From Gammaproteobacteria bacterium (GTDB lineage: Bacteria > Pseudomonadota > Gammaproteobacteria > CAJXQU01), in the NCBI GenBank assembly GCA_026984775.1, contig JALSRM010000026.1, positions 2,456-66,455 on the forward strand: a DNA stretch of 64,000 nucleotides. Direction: 5' to 3'. Of the stretch, positions 17,841 through 28,443 are shown one piece after another. The notes beneath the pieces were generated by a model, which saw nothing but the letters and a program-made list of their open reading frames with translations, had not been told where the DNA came from and made no database searches. The position numbers and the translations under genes were made by a program. How positions within the stretch are numbered: the stretch's first letter is position 1; the number at the start of each line of letters is the position of its first letter.

Positions 17841-17874
17841 GCGCACCTGCCGTCCCGGCAGACGGCAGGTGCGC
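17841..17874 (+). terminator. perfect 14-bp inverted repeat after btuB
   Basis: gcgcacctgccgtc-ccggca-gacggcaggtgcgc; no clear T-run, so possibly rho-dependent or a protein site. Confidence 0.45.
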
Positions 17875-17910
17875 TATGCACAAAATCGGAGAGAATCAGA
17901 CAGGACAGGC

Positions 17911-18567
17911 TCACCCCTTCCCTTTCTGCACATCCTCAACCCATTCCTCCATTTTAATAATCCCGCCTTCCTGCTCCGGACGCCCCTGATCCTTCGGTGG
18001 CAGCACATCCTGCATTAAATCGATCCGTTTCCAACCGGCCAGGGGCGTTTCCTCCTTCTGCCCAGGCACGTAATGGGATAACTCCTTGATCTCATATTTA
18101 TGTATATAACGAGGACAATTCACCCACATTCGGGAGAGTTGCACGCGCACAATCAGCTCTGCCTCGGCATAGGCCTCCATCAGGGGATCGTCGCTGGAAA
18201 CAATAGCCTCACCGTGAAAGCGGATCCGGTGTGGAACCTCGAAATCGATAAACAGCAGACCCACCCGTGGATTTGCCTGGATATTACCCATGGAATAAAA
18301 CATGCCATTGCCATCGTAGGATGGGAATGCAAGGGTTCGCTCATCCACGACCTTAATAAAACCTGGCGCGCCCCCCTTGTAAGAAACGGTCGGTTGTCCG
18401 TCCTGATCCACGGTTGATAGAAAGAACATCGGTCGGGACTCAATAAAGGCTTTTGCAGCCTCATCGATCACCTCTGCAACAATGATCTCTTCCAACCGGT
18501 CTGCCAGTTTGCGGGTTTGAAAACTGTTCTGCAACTCCCGATGGGTCTCACCGTAAATTTTGCTCAT
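17911..18567 (-). CDS. pyridoxamine 5'-phosphate oxidase-like FMN-binding split-barrel protein
   Basis: 218 aa; PNPOx-like pattern RPMFFLSTVDQDGQPTVSYKGGAPGF...RVGLLFIDF. Confidence 0.65.
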   Translation of the reverse strand: MSKIYGETHRELQNSFQTRKLADRLEEIIVAEVIDEAAKAFIESRPMFFLSTVDQDGQPTVSYKGGAPGFIKVVDERTLAFPSYDGNGMFYSMGNIQANPRVGLLFIDFEVPHRIRFHGEAIVSSDDPLMEAYAEAELIVRVQLSRMWVNCPRYIHKYEIKELSHYVPGQKEETPLAGWKRIDLMQDVLPPKDQGRPEQEGGIIKMEEWVEDVQKGKG

Positions 18568-18741
18568 ACACCTGTCCTCGTTGAGTATAAATAAAGCAAC
18601 ACGCCCGATCCGATGCTCAGGTCAGGGTTACACCCAGTCTAACAGAAGCTCACCCTTTCGTTTGTTCACATCACCCATGAAAATGGGGTATTCTTTTTCA
18701 AATTGATGTTCAAATTGATGGGAAACAGTTAACAAGCGGAC

Positions 18742-18945
18742 ATGGCACGATTTTTCTTTTACCTCCACATGGCGGGGCTTGCTCTCCTGAGCTTGGGGAT
18801 TTTCCTCATTTTCCGCACGGAAAACGCCCTCCAGGACATCAGCAACCTGCTCTGGATCTCTATCTGTATCGGCCTCGGCCTGATGCTGATTTCGCCCTGG
18901 CCTGTCGTCAAGGCAATCACCTGGATGAAGAATAATGGGGACTGA
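18742..18945 (+). CDS. small 2-TM membrane protein, hypothetical
   Basis: 67 aa ORF with two hydrophobic helices; overlaps the 3' end of cbiA convergently. Weak call. Confidence 0.3.
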   Translation: MARFFFYLHMAGLALLSLGIFLIFRTENALQDISNLLWISICIGLGLMLISPWPVVKAITWMKNNGD

Positions 18946-20218
18946 ACAGCATCTCCGTCACTGCAGGCGCAGACCCAAAATAGAAATGGATATAGGAAGC
19001 TGTCAATCTTCCTACCTGATAAACCGCTTCTTGGGTGGTTCCCTTGGGTGCGACACCAAGGAATGTTGCCGCCAGATCCGTCTTCAGTAATGAGTGGTGA
19101 TAGGTGTGGCCACGAAGCCGGCCTTGTGGAAATTCGACTTCCTGCAATGCCAATGCAGTCAAACGTCTCTGCATAACCGCGTGCCCCCGCAGGAGCCCGA
19201 TCATCCCATGGCGATTGCCGGCCTGATCGGTGAGTGACTCGTACAAATAGAGCATCCCGCCACACTCAGCTACAATGGGTTTGGTCTGCTGATGATGTGC
19301 GCGAATCGACACTTTCATGGATGTGTTGGCGGCCAGTTCGGCAAGAAACAATTCAGGATATCCACCCGGTAGATACAGACTGTCACATTGGGGTAACACC
19401 TGATCTTCCAGCGGGGAAAAGAAAATCAGCTCAGCTCCCTGATCACGCAGCAGATCGAGGTTCGCCGGGTAGAGAAAGGAAAAAGCCTGATCACAGGCAA
19501 CGGCGATTCTGACATCAGCCAACCTCCGATCGGACACTTGTGATAAGAAGGGATTAAAATGGATCACAGGGGGCAAGGAACACCCGTCTGTAAAGTACAG
19601 ATGATCCGCAAGGATCGAAAGCCGCTGGTCCAGATCCTCGATTTCCGCTGCCTGAACCAAACCTAAATGCCGTCCCGGCAAGACGCCTTTTTCCTGTCCT
19701 GATAACGCACCCACAAAAGGGACACCTTCAGGGAGACTGTCAACCAGCATCTGCCGATGAGTCTCCCCTACGATCCGGTTGGCAAAGACACCGTAAAAAG
19801 GCAGATCGGGCTGGTACGTCTTGAGTCCATGAACAAGGGCACCGAAGGTTTGCGCCATCGCCGTGGCATCGATCACTGCCAACACGGGGATCCCGAAAAC
19901 ACAAGCTAGATCCGCCGTCGAGGGATCGCCATCAAACAAGCCCATGACGCCTTCGATCAGAATAAGATCGGCCTCCTCCGCCGCTTGGACAAGCAACCGC
20001 CGACATGCCTCCTCACCTACCATCCACAGATCGAGCGAATAGACCGGGGACCCGGAGGCATGCTCCAAGATCATGGGATCGAGAAAATCGGGACCGGTTT
20101 TGAAGATACGAACGCGACGGCCCTGCCGGCGATGCCAGAATGCCAATGCGGCGGTGACGGAGGTTTTACCTTGGCCCGAAGCCGGCGCACTGACAACCAA
20201 CGCAGGACAGTGCGCCAT
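18917..20218 (-). CDS. cbiA: cobyrinate a,c-diamide synthase
   Basis: LVVSAPASGQGKTSVTAALAFWHRRQGRRVRIFKTGPDFLDP is the CbiA/CobB N-terminal ATPase signature; C-terminal glutamine amidotransferase part present. Confidence 0.85.
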   Translation of the reverse strand: MAHCPALVVSAPASGQGKTSVTAALAFWHRRQGRRVRIFKTGPDFLDPMILEHASGSPVYSLDLWMVGEEACRRLLVQAAEEADLILIEGVMGLFDGDPSTADLACVFGIPVLAVIDATAMAQTFGALVHGLKTYQPDLPFYGVFANRIVGETHRQMLVDSLPEGVPFVGALSGQEKGVLPGRHLGLVQAAEIEDLDQRLSILADHLYFTDGCSLPPVIHFNPFLSQVSDRRLADVRIAVACDQAFSFLYPANLDLLRDQGAELIFFSPLEDQVLPQCDSLYLPGGYPELFLAELAANTSMKVSIRAHHQQTKPIVAECGGMLYLYESLTDQAGNRHGMIGLLRGHAVMQRRLTALALQEVEFPQGRLRGHTYHHSLLKTDLAATFLGVAPKGTTQEAVYQVGRLTASYIHFYFGSAPAVTEMLFSPHYSSSR

Positions 20219-20226
20219 CGTTTAGC

Positions 20227-20853
20227 TCAGACAGGTCTGGAATGTTCTTGTCTGAGAGTTTTCAACGAAATAAAGATGACATGAATGATCGCCGCACAGC
20301 CAACATAAAAGGTCAGGCTGGAGAGCGTACCCGGGCCGTATTTGATCAGACGACCACCAAACTCTGTGAGTGTGGTTTCAGCAAAACGGCTGGATAGAAA
20401 ATAAAAACCACCACTGGCCATAAGTTCCGCAGCAAACCAGCCAGCGGTCATCAACAGCAGCAAAGGGATCAGTGAGCGCCAGTGTTCATGGTAATACCGG
20501 ATTGCAAACAAGCGGCCAGTAAACCACAGCGCTCCATAGGCCGGGATCAACATCAAATAGGCGGGCGAGATACAAAAACTACTGACCCCCCCCCAGGTCA
20601 CGGCGGCATAATCGAGGAAGGCCGCCTCCGCCAGCAGTGCCGGGAAAATCCAGCTCCGGCTCACATAAACACCGGCGAGAAAAAAGACGGCATACGAGGC
20701 ACTTGGCAAGTGCGCGATGGTGGCAAAATGATGCCCTCGGGTCACCGCCAGCAGCAGGATTAAAAATAGGCTAATAAAAAGTTGATGACGTCCAGACAGT
20801 TTAAGCAATTGGGTTCTCCCATTGGTGATGTGTTTGTGTTCAATTATATACAT
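20227..20853 (-). CDS. polytopic membrane protein of unknown function embedded in the cob cluster
   Basis: 208 aa, 5-6 predicted TM helices, no family recognised; sits between cbiA and cobD on the same strand with short spacers. Confidence 0.5.
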   Translation of the reverse strand: MYIIEHKHITNGRTQLLKLSGRHQLFISLFLILLLAVTRGHHFATIAHLPSASYAVFFLAGVYVSRSWIFPALLAEAAFLDYAAVTWGGVSSFCISPAYLMLIPAYGALWFTGRLFAIRYYHEHWRSLIPLLLLMTAGWFAAELMASGGFYFLSSRFAETTLTEFGGRLIKYGPGTLSSLTFYVGCAAIIHVIFISLKTLRQEHSRPV

Positions 20854-21835
20854 TTTGTCCGAGGGTACTCAAAGCCTTTTTAAGACGAACAAACGCCTTT
20901 TCATCTGCCGGCAGTCCAAAACGAATGCCACGCTCATCGTCGAGCAGTCGGACCAGGATGCCCTGGTGAGCCAGGTGCTCATGGACTTCTTTCGCTATTG
21001 TCAGCCGACAGGTTTTGAACAGGGCTGTGCCCACCGGATCGATCTCCAGTGCGCGGTATAGCAAGTCATTGAGCTTTTCAGAGTGACTGTAGAGCTGAGC
21101 ACGCATCCATGTTTGCCATTGATGATCAACCAGGGCCTGCTGCCCAATCCAGCGACTCGGTGTAGCGATAGCCCAGGGGCCCTGCAGGCGCGCCATTTCC
21201 TGCAACAAGGCTGACCAGGCACACACAAAACCAAGCCGCAGGCCTGCCAGGCCGAAAAACTTCCCGATCGATCGCAGAACGATGAGCCCGGGATACCCCA
21301 CCTGAGCGCACACACTCCGATCCGGCGTCATGTCCATGAAGGCTTCATCCACGATCAGCCAGCCACCTCTTCCCTCCAGCTGTTCCAGTAAGGCGAGCAT
21401 ACACTCAGGTGGATGAATCTCACCCGTGGGATTGTTAGGATTGATGATCACCACCACATCCAGTTCTTCGATCCGCTCAACGATTGCCCCGAAATCGAGC
21501 GAAACCACCTCATGACCATGCTGCTGCCAGGCGATCCGATGTTCGGAATACCCCGGATACTGAACGGCCACCCGACAAGGAGAGCGTAAACGAGGCAGAC
21601 ACTGAATCGCCGCCTGTGATCCAGCCACGGGCAACAGGGATCTACAACCATAGTACGCCTTGGCGGCCGCGATCAAGCCGTCATCGGGGTCGGGCAGACG
21701 CTGCCAGCACCAGGACGGGATCGGAGGCACTGGCCAGCCGTTGGGATTGATCCCGGTAGAGAGATCGAGCCACTGATCGAGCGGGATCGAATACCGCCGT
21801 GCTGCAACGATCAGCCGACCTCCATGTTCAGGCAT
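20840..21835 (-). CDS. cobD: L-threonine-O-3-phosphate decarboxylase (CobD; CobC in P. denitrificans nomenclature)
   Basis: Class I/II aminotransferase-like fold (NPNNPTG...SIGKFFGLAGLRLGF) of about 330 aa in cob context. Confidence 0.75.
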   Translation of the reverse strand: MPEHGGRLIVAARRYSIPLDQWLDLSTGINPNGWPVPPIPSWCWQRLPDPDDGLIAAAKAYYGCRSLLPVAGSQAAIQCLPRLRSPCRVAVQYPGYSEHRIAWQQHGHEVVSLDFGAIVERIEELDVVVIINPNNPTGEIHPPECMLALLEQLEGRGGWLIVDEAFMDMTPDRSVCAQVGYPGLIVLRSIGKFFGLAGLRLGFVCAWSALLQEMARLQGPWAIATPSRWIGQQALVDHQWQTWMRAQLYSHSEKLNDLLYRALEIDPVGTALFKTCRLTIAKEVHEHLAHQGILVRLLDDERGIRFGLPADEKAFVRLKKALSTLGQNVYN

Positions 21836-22751
21836 GACTCAAAAACCTCCCCACCACGATCAAGGCTATGATGAGCAGCCAGAACAGCATGCCATACTGC
21901 ACCAGCCACAAGGCACGCTGAATCGCCTCCACGCTCGGTTCGTGGCCGGTACCAAGAACAGGACGTGATCTGATCTCACCATGATAGACATCAGGGCCTC
22001 CCAGCCGCACCTGCAAGGCACCGGCGCCAGCAGCCATCACCGGTCCGGCGTTAGGGCTTTCCCAGGCTGGCGCCTGTCTCTTCCAGCAGGCGAGCGCCGT
22101 TTTTGTATCGCCCAGCAATGCATAGGTTGCGGCACACAACCGGGCAGGGATCCAGTTCAGCAAATCATCCAGTCGTGCGGCGGCCCACCCGAACTGTTGA
22201 TAGCGATCTGTGCGATAGCCCCACATGGAATCCAAGGTATTGATCAGCCGATGAGCGACCGCACCCGGCGCGCCGGCTACGGCAAACCAGAAAATGGTTC
22301 CGAAGATGGCATCATTACCGTTTTCCAGCACCGACTCCACACAGGCTCGGGCCACACCCACCTCATCCAACGCACGGACATCCCGGCTCACCATTCGGCC
22401 AACCGCCTGTTGTGCTGTTGGAAGATCCGCCTTCATCAAGGCGTCGATCACCCGTTCGGCATGCTCAAGCAGGCTTTTTGCACCCAGGCAGCCATAGAAT
22501 AAAACCACTCCGGCAATGGTACCGAAGACCAGAATCTGATCCAGCATCCATACGAGACCAACAATCACACCCACCGGCAAACCCACCGCTATCAGGCCTG
22601 TGAATCGATTGCGCAAGGGGTACGCTTCCGGAAATTGCCGATCGATGCACTCGGCCAGCCGGCCAAACCCCACCAAGGGATGGAAACGGTGTGGCTCGCC
22701 CAGTCGCCAGTCTAGAAGTACGCCTACATAAAGTTGCAACAGCGTGATCAC
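21828..22751 (-). CDS. cbiB: adenosylcobinamide-phosphate synthase
   Basis: Membrane protein; N-terminal LLDWRLGEPHRFHPLVGFGRL signature of CbiB/CobD. Confidence 0.85.
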   Translation of the reverse strand: MITLLQLYVGVLLDWRLGEPHRFHPLVGFGRLAECIDRQFPEAYPLRNRFTGLIAVGLPVGVIVGLVWMLDQILVFGTIAGVVLFYGCLGAKSLLEHAERVIDALMKADLPTAQQAVGRMVSRDVRALDEVGVARACVESVLENGNDAIFGTIFWFAVAGAPGAVAHRLINTLDSMWGYRTDRYQQFGWAAARLDDLLNWIPARLCAATYALLGDTKTALACWKRQAPAWESPNAGPVMAAGAGALQVRLGGPDVYHGEIRSRPVLGTGHEPSVEAIQRALWLVQYGMLFWLLIIALIVVGRFLSHA

Positions 22752-23353
22752 AAGCAGCCGGAATGAAAGATCAGCCGTGGGAAATCCGGCATCTCCTGCC
22801 GGACCCGGCTCAAACTGGCATAGGGTACATCGATGCGGAAAAAATGTTCGATAGGAAATTGCAACAGATGGCGGAGAATGGCGCGAATCACCCCACCGTG
22901 AGCCACCAACAAAACGTGCTGTTCCTGATCCGGAACATATTGTCCCAGGAGTTCTTCCCAGGCGGAGAAGACCCGGCCTTCGAATTCGGCATAGGGCTCG
23001 CCACTGGGAGCCGGATTCTCCAGCGGATTACGCCAGAACTGCATTATGCGTTCCTTGTCCTCACCTGCATACAGGTCAGAGAACAACCGCCCTTCCCATT
23101 CGCCGAAACCAATCTCACGGAAGCGCTCATCCACGGTGAGTGCAAGACCAAACCGTTCATGCAACTCATGGGCAAAGGAATGACAACGTTGCAACGGCGA
23201 GGTAATGATCTTCGTCCAAGGCGGTTCCCGGCCATCCACTACGGAGCGTAACTGTTGCCAACCCAACTCGGTCAGCGGTTCATCATAGTGTCCCAGCAGC
23301 TTGGTTCCGCCGGCGACATCACCGTGTCGGAGCAGATCAATTGTCAATGTCAT
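22748..23353 (-). CDS. cobC: alpha-ribazole phosphatase (histidine phosphatase family)
   Basis: [10 protein letters not shown]...RHG-type histidine phosphatase motif; 201 aa; 4-bp overlap with cbiB. Confidence 0.7.
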   Translation of the reverse strand: MTLTIDLLRHGDVAGGTKLLGHYDEPLTELGWQQLRSVVDGREPPWTKIITSPLQRCHSFAHELHERFGLALTVDERFREIGFGEWEGRLFSDLYAGEDKERIMQFWRNPLENPAPSGEPYAEFEGRVFSAWEELLGQYVPDQEQHVLLVAHGGVIRAILRHLLQFPIEHFFRIDVPYASLSRVRQEMPDFPRLIFHSGCL

Positions 23354-23395
23354 TCGGTTAAACTGATCGGATTGATAAAAACGCGCAAGAGTACC

Positions 23396-24865
23396 ATGTC
23401 ATCCTGTAAAACGCTCATGATCCAGGGCACCACCTCCGATGCCGGCAAAAGCATGCTGGTCACCGCCCTGTGCCGATATTATAAAAACAAAGGGGTTCGA
23501 GTGGCACCGTTCAAACCCCAGAATATGGCCCTGAACAGTGCCGTCACCATCGACGGTGGCGAGATCGGTCGGGCACAGGCCGTACAGGCACAAGCATGCG
23601 GACTGGAGCCTCACACAGACTTCAACCCAGTCTTGCTGAAACCCAACACTGACATCGGTGCCCAGGTGATCCTCAACGGTCGTGCGGTGACGACCATGGA
23701 TGCCCGCACCTTTCACAATTACAAGCAAACCGCCATGACAGCCGTACTCGAAGCTTATGATCGCTTGTGTAATCAGTATGACTTGATCATCGTCGAAGGG
23801 GCTGGCAGCCCAGCCGAGATCAACCTCCGTGATCGGGATATCGCAAACATGGGATTTGCCGAAACGGTGGATTGCCCTGTGATCCTCATCGCCGACATTG
23901 ATCGTGGTGGCGTTTTTGCCCACCTGGTGGGCACACTCGAACTGCTCAACCACTCCGAAAGAGAGCGCATCGTCGGTATGGTGATCAATCGCTTTAGGGG
24001 CGATCACACTCTGTTGCAATCGGGGATCGACTGGCTGGAAAACAGGACCGGGAAACCGGTTTTCGGTACCCTGCCCTACCTTCATGGCCTGCATCTGGAA
24101 TCGGAAGATTCCGTCGCCATCGAACAGCAATCCAATGATCCGACAGAGGATAAACTGAATATCATCGTCCCCATCCTGCCACGCATGAGCAATCACACAG
24201 ACTTCGATCCGCTCCGGCTGCACCCACACGTGAATCTGCTCTATGTCAAAGCCGGCCAAACTCTTCCACAAGCCGATCTGATCATCCTTCCAGGAAGTAA
24301 AAGTGTGCGTGCTGACTTGCAGTTTCTGATCGACCACGGCTGGAAACCCCATATCGATCGACACCTGCGCTATGGCGGGAAACTACTCGGCATCTGTGGC
24401 GGCTTTCAGATGCTGGGAAGACAAATCCATGACCCGCATGGGCTCGAAGGAAACGCCGGTAGTGCAAAGGGTCTGGGCTACCTCGACTTTGAAACCACCC
24501 TGGAAAAACAAAAACAACTGAAACGGATCACGACACAACTCGCCTTTGCCGATGCAGAAGTCCAGGGTTATGAAATCCGTGCAGGACGGAGCCGTGGGTC
24601 TGCATTAAACCAGCCGGCTGTCAAAGATAAACGATCAGAATCGGCTCTATCTCCCGATCAAAATATCATCGGCACCTATATTCACGGACTGTTTGAAACC
24701 AGCGATGCCTGTACCGCACTTCTCCAATGGGCAGGACTGAAGCAACCTGATCCCATCGACTATCACCTCATCAGAGAAAACGCGATCGAACGCCTTGCAC
24801 ACTGTATTGAACACAACATGAATCTTGACCAACTGAAAGAAGCACTGTATTGGAAACGCCCCTGA
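23396..24865 (+). CDS. cobQ: cobyric acid synthase
   Basis: [44 protein letters not shown]-terminus; C-terminal GATase1 domain ([10 protein letters not shown]). Start placed at the internal ATG matching the CobQ N-terminus. Confidence 0.85.
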   Translation: MSSCKTLMIQGTTSDAGKSMLVTALCRYYKNKGVRVAPFKPQNMALNSAVTIDGGEIGRAQAVQAQACGLEPHTDFNPVLLKPNTDIGAQVILNGRAVTTMDARTFHNYKQTAMTAVLEAYDRLCNQYDLIIVEGAGSPAEINLRDRDIANMGFAETVDCPVILIADIDRGGVFAHLVGTLELLNHSERERIVGMVINRFRGDHTLLQSGIDWLENRTGKPVFGTLPYLHGLHLESEDSVAIEQQSNDPTEDKLNIIVPILPRMSNHTDFDPLRLHPHVNLLYVKAGQTLPQADLIILPGSKSVRADLQFLIDHGWKPHIDRHLRYGGKLLGICGGFQMLGRQIHDPHGLEGNAGSAKGLGYLDFETTLEKQKQLKRITTQLAFADAEVQGYEIRAGRSRGSALNQPAVKDKRSESALSPDQNIIGTYIHGLFETSDACTALLQWAGLKQPDPIDYHLIRENAIERLAHCIEHNMNLDQLKEALYWKRP

Positions 24866-25063
24866 CTCCACAAGCCAAAAAACCATCCTCCAACACGACA
24901 ATTAACCCTGTTTTCATTTGAGGTAATTTACTTTTTTATTGACTATCATCACGATAAGGGCCAAGAAAAAACAAGCATTGTAAGGTACGTTTCTGTAGTT
25001 AGGTGTTCAAATTGATCAGCGACTGACCTGTTTTGTTTATAGCTAAAGTGGAGGCAGCAAAAA

Positions 25064-25727
25064 ATGAAAAAAATAATAGCTTTGTTAATTTTCATTTTGA
25101 TTCAAAATGCCTCAAGGGCGACATCAATTAACCCCTTAGATGATAGTGGTTGGGAATTGGTTGCCCATATGTCAAATACTGGAGGAATGTTTGATGGAAA
25201 TGGAGAATTGAGACCAAATTATTCTTTTGGCATTTTTGATCCTTCGCCAACAGCAGCAAAGGCTGATTTTGCAAGAGAATTTCCATTTCAAGCCCGTGAA
25301 ATATTGTTTATAACTGGTGACTTATCAATATGGGCAATAACTGATTATAATTCGCTTCGTGATCTTATTGATGCAAGAGGAAATGACTTTTCTCCTAATT
25401 TAGCATTCGAAATAGGAATTAATGGTGTGATTTCGAATCACATTGGGTAATGTACTCAGTCGAACAATATACCCGGAGGATCCTTGGATTTCTATTGATG
25501 GAGGGCATTACGATGGAATTGCCAATCAGCGAATCGTTTGGGGAGAGGCAAACTATTCACTTGGTACTCATCAACTCTTAAAGAATACACATAATGGAGT
25601 GAATGTTTATATTCGCTCTGCATCTCCAGTTCCAACCCCAACAGCCATTTGGTTGATGGTTTCTGGTTTAATTGGACTTGTTGGAATGAAGAAAAAGTCA
25701 GTAAAGTTATCAAGCAAATACATCTAA
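25064..25727 (+). pseudogene. PEP-CTERM-like sorting-signal protein, interrupted by a frameshift near 25443-25450
   Basis: Signal peptide MKKIIALLIFILIQNASRA; two overlapping ORFs in different frames would rejoin with a 1-nt indel; C-terminus SPVPTPTAIWLMVSGLIGLVGMKKK resembles a PEP-CTERM (VPxP + TM + basic cluster). Lies in an AT-rich patch. Confidence 0.5.
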
Positions 25728-25929
25728 CGAATAAGGATAGATGATATTACGAGATCGGGGCTTGTCTTTTTCTACCCTAATTTATTTTCTGGATTTGATC
25801 TACTCACCCCAAGATAGAAACCTCTATGAGGTGAGCCTATATAATAGAGCATAGAACTCACCGATAAAAAGAATACAAATTTGTAGTCAGGCCTTATTTG
25901 TTGCTGATGAACGAGATCCAGATAATCTG

Positions 25930-26729
25930 TGGTTCTTACTCTTTACTTTTCATTCCAGAGTCTCTTAATCCAGCCTTGATCTTTATCATTTGTTCTCTGG
26001 CAACTTTTTTCCCGTGAGCCGACAGATGCCCCGAGTTGATGGCCGTGGCAACTCATATTTTTGCCTGTTCATATCTGCCAAGAACAATCAGGTTATGTGA
26101 CATGTTCAGCATAATACCCGGATTGTCCGGCTTGTACTCCAGTGCCTGAAGGTAATTTTTTGCAGCAGTCTCATGATCACCGGTTCGTGTATAGCAATCA
26201 CTAAGCCCTGAATAAGCGTAATTGATCAATCTTTTTGTATAATTTTTTTAAGATCGGTCAATGCTGATTTTAATACCCTAATGGCTTCTTTATTCTGTTG
26301 CAGCAAACGTAATGTATTGCCGTAGCGATAGACAAGCAGCCAATCATGACATCCTTTCTCATACGCATATTTGAATGCATTGACCGAGTTAATCCATAAG
26401 CGGACATCTTCTCTATTCAGAGACCATTTGAGCCATGTATCAAGACCAGATCGGATTGCAGCATCCAGGTCAGGACCACAACGTGACCCTGCTTCCTGAT
26501 AAAGTTTATATTCATCCATGAGCTGAAGAATTTCAGAGCCCGCATTCACTACCGTACAATAGAGCAGAAGAAGCGAACCAAGAATTGCTTTGGTGTTAAG
26601 CAATATCATCAGTAAATTTGCTTTTTGTATTCCTGGTCTTAGCGTCGGTTTCAGAAAAAGCCGAATACTGTCATCATCAGAAATACAAAGAGTAACCCTC
26701 CTGAGAATATTTATCTGTTTTCGGTACAC
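25930..26729 (-). pseudogene. TPR-repeat protein gene broken into three reading frames
   Basis: Frame 1 (26226..26729) gives TPR-like AFKYAYEKGCHDWLLVYRYGNTLRLLQQNKEAIRVL. Downstream frames give YAYSGLSDCYTRTGDHETAAKNYLQALEYKPDNPGIMLNMSHNLIVLGRYEQAKI and a C-terminal tail …AINSGHLSAHGKKVAREQMIKIKAGL. Two frame changes are needed to join them. Confidence 0.5.
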
Positions 26730-26776
26730 TGGGTCACTGATATGATAGTGGTAGAAGAAAAATATCGGGAACAGAA

Positions 26777-27373
26777 ATGAGCACTATTACAAAAAACACC
26801 ATTCTTCTGGCATTGACCGCTTTCACTTTTATCGGTGGTTATGCCTTTTTGCGGTATGCCTATCGTGTGACTGACACCATGCCATTTACTCAGGAAATCG
26901 TCCTGATTATTCTGGGGACTGTAGCAACAGTTTTAATCACCGCGCTTCTATTGAATAAACAGACAGCAGTCGAGATCCAGAAGGAACAGAGTATCAAGTT
27001 CATTGATCTTAAAACCAAAACCTACGAAGAACTGATCAACAAGATAGAGGAGATGTCGCAGGCAACAGATCTGACACACAAGGATATGATTAGCTTGCAT
27101 TTCATTACCCACAGGTTGGCAATCTTCTCTTCCCCTGAAGTGCTTGAAGAGTTTCAGAACTTTCTGGAGGTGCTTGAGTCAAGGACAAGAGATCGCAAGA
27201 TTTCCCGTGACGATTCAAAAATTCTTGCAGAGAGCCTGGCCAATCTGACCGTGAGAATACGCAAAGATCTGATTGGAGAAATGGATGCCCTTGGAAACTA
27301 TTCGCAGGAACAGATCAAAAACATGATCCTGCGCAATTCAAGCGAGTCCATGGAACTTTCGGAAAATATTTAG
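26777..27373 (+). CDS. hypothetical 2-TM membrane protein with helical cytoplasmic domain
   Basis: 198 aa, two N-terminal TM helices, Glu/Lys-rich C-terminal region, no family recognised; AT-rich codon usage. Confidence 0.5.
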   Translation: MSTITKNTILLALTAFTFIGGYAFLRYAYRVTDTMPFTQEIVLIILGTVATVLITALLLNKQTAVEIQKEQSIKFIDLKTKTYEELINKIEEMSQATDLTHKDMISLHFITHRLAIFSSPEVLEEFQNFLEVLESRTRDRKISRDDSKILAESLANLTVRIRKDLIGEMDALGNYSQEQIKNMILRNSSESMELSENI

Positions 27374-27588
27374 GAGCCTCCAATTGATCCAGGTATCCTT
27401 AGAGAAAAATCAGTCAGACTAAGACAGGAATTACAGTAACCCGTTATTTTCTAATAGACGCAGTAAAACCAGTTCTGAATTATCATAATTTTATGGAACA
27501 GCTGACACATACTCTACATCAGTAGCGTTTCCATGAATTATTCGGTTGTGTTCTCATTGAGCCGTCAGGCTCACTCAACTTGTATCCT

Positions 27589-28443
27589 CTATGAAGTTTT
27601 TCCTGCCAATGCATAAAGTGCCCTGATCTCATCAGGCCATAGAGTGGAGTCAATTGTCTCGAGCACCATGGGAATACCGTTGAAACGATCATCGTTCATA
27701 ATATAGCGGAAAACCTCCCACCCAAGTTTTCCCTTGCCGAGACTTTCGTGACGATCCAGCCGGGCCCCTAGATCAGGCTTGGCGTCATTAAGATGAACAC
27801 CCTGTAAATACTTGAACCCTACAATTTCATCGAATTCAGCAAAAGTCTGATGACATGCTTCTGGTGTCCTGAGATCATAACCAGCAACAAAAGTATGGCA
27901 GGTATCGATACAGACACCTACCCGGGTTTTATCATCCACATGGTCAATTATTGTGGCAAGATGTTCAAAGCGATAACCCAGATTGGTACCTTGACCAGCC
28001 GTGTTTTCAATCACGGCAATAACCCCCTCTGTCAAATCGAGCGCTTCGTTGATTGATTCAGCAATCCGTTTCAATCCATCCTCTTTCGAGATTTTATTGA
28101 GATGACTCCCAGGGTGAAAGTTCAACAGTTTCAATCCAAGCTGCTCTGCCCTTGTCATTTCATCTATGAAGGCATTCAGCGACTTTTCATGCGCCTCCGG
28201 GTCAGGATGAGCCAGGTTAATCAGGTAGCTATCATGTGGCAGCACATGTTCCGGCAGTATATCCACTTGTTTGAGGTTGTCCTTGAATGCCGCAATGGTG
28301 TCTTCATCGTAGGGTTTCGCCTTCCATTGACGCTGGTTCTTCAGAAACAGGGCAAATGCCTTCGCGCCGATCCTATGGGCATTGAGAGGAGCATTCTGTA
28401 CACCGCCAGAAGCACTGACATGGGCACCTACATATTTCTGCAT
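27589..28443 (-). CDS. nfo: endonuclease IV (AP endonuclease, Nfo)
   Basis: [14 protein letters not shown]...LLNFHPGSH...[15 protein letters not shown] zinc-ligand motifs across 284 aa. Confidence 0.9.
   Translation of the reverse strand: MQKYVGAHVSASGGVQNAPLNAHRIGAKAFALFLKNQRQWKAKPYDEDTIAAFKDNLKQVDILPEHVLPHDSYLINLAHPDPEAHEKSLNAFIDEMTRAEQLGLKLLNFHPGSHLNKISKEDGLKRIAESINEALDLTEGVIAVIENTAGQGTNLGYRFEHLATIIDHVDDKTRVGVCIDTCHTFVAGYDLRTPEACHQTFAEFDEIVGFKYLQGVHLNDAKPDLGARLDRHESLGKGKLGWEVFRYIMNDDRFNGIPMVLETIDSTLWPDEIRALYALAGKTS

Noticed and set aside
23255-23395. 47-codon N-terminal extension of cobQ
   Set aside because: CobQ homologues start at [19 protein letters not shown]; the extension would overlap the divergent cobC promoter region and start codon area.
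23399-24364. 321-aa minus-strand ORF inside cobQ
   Set aside because: Entirely antisense to a well-conserved CobQ coding sequence; composition typical of a GC-rich antisense frame.
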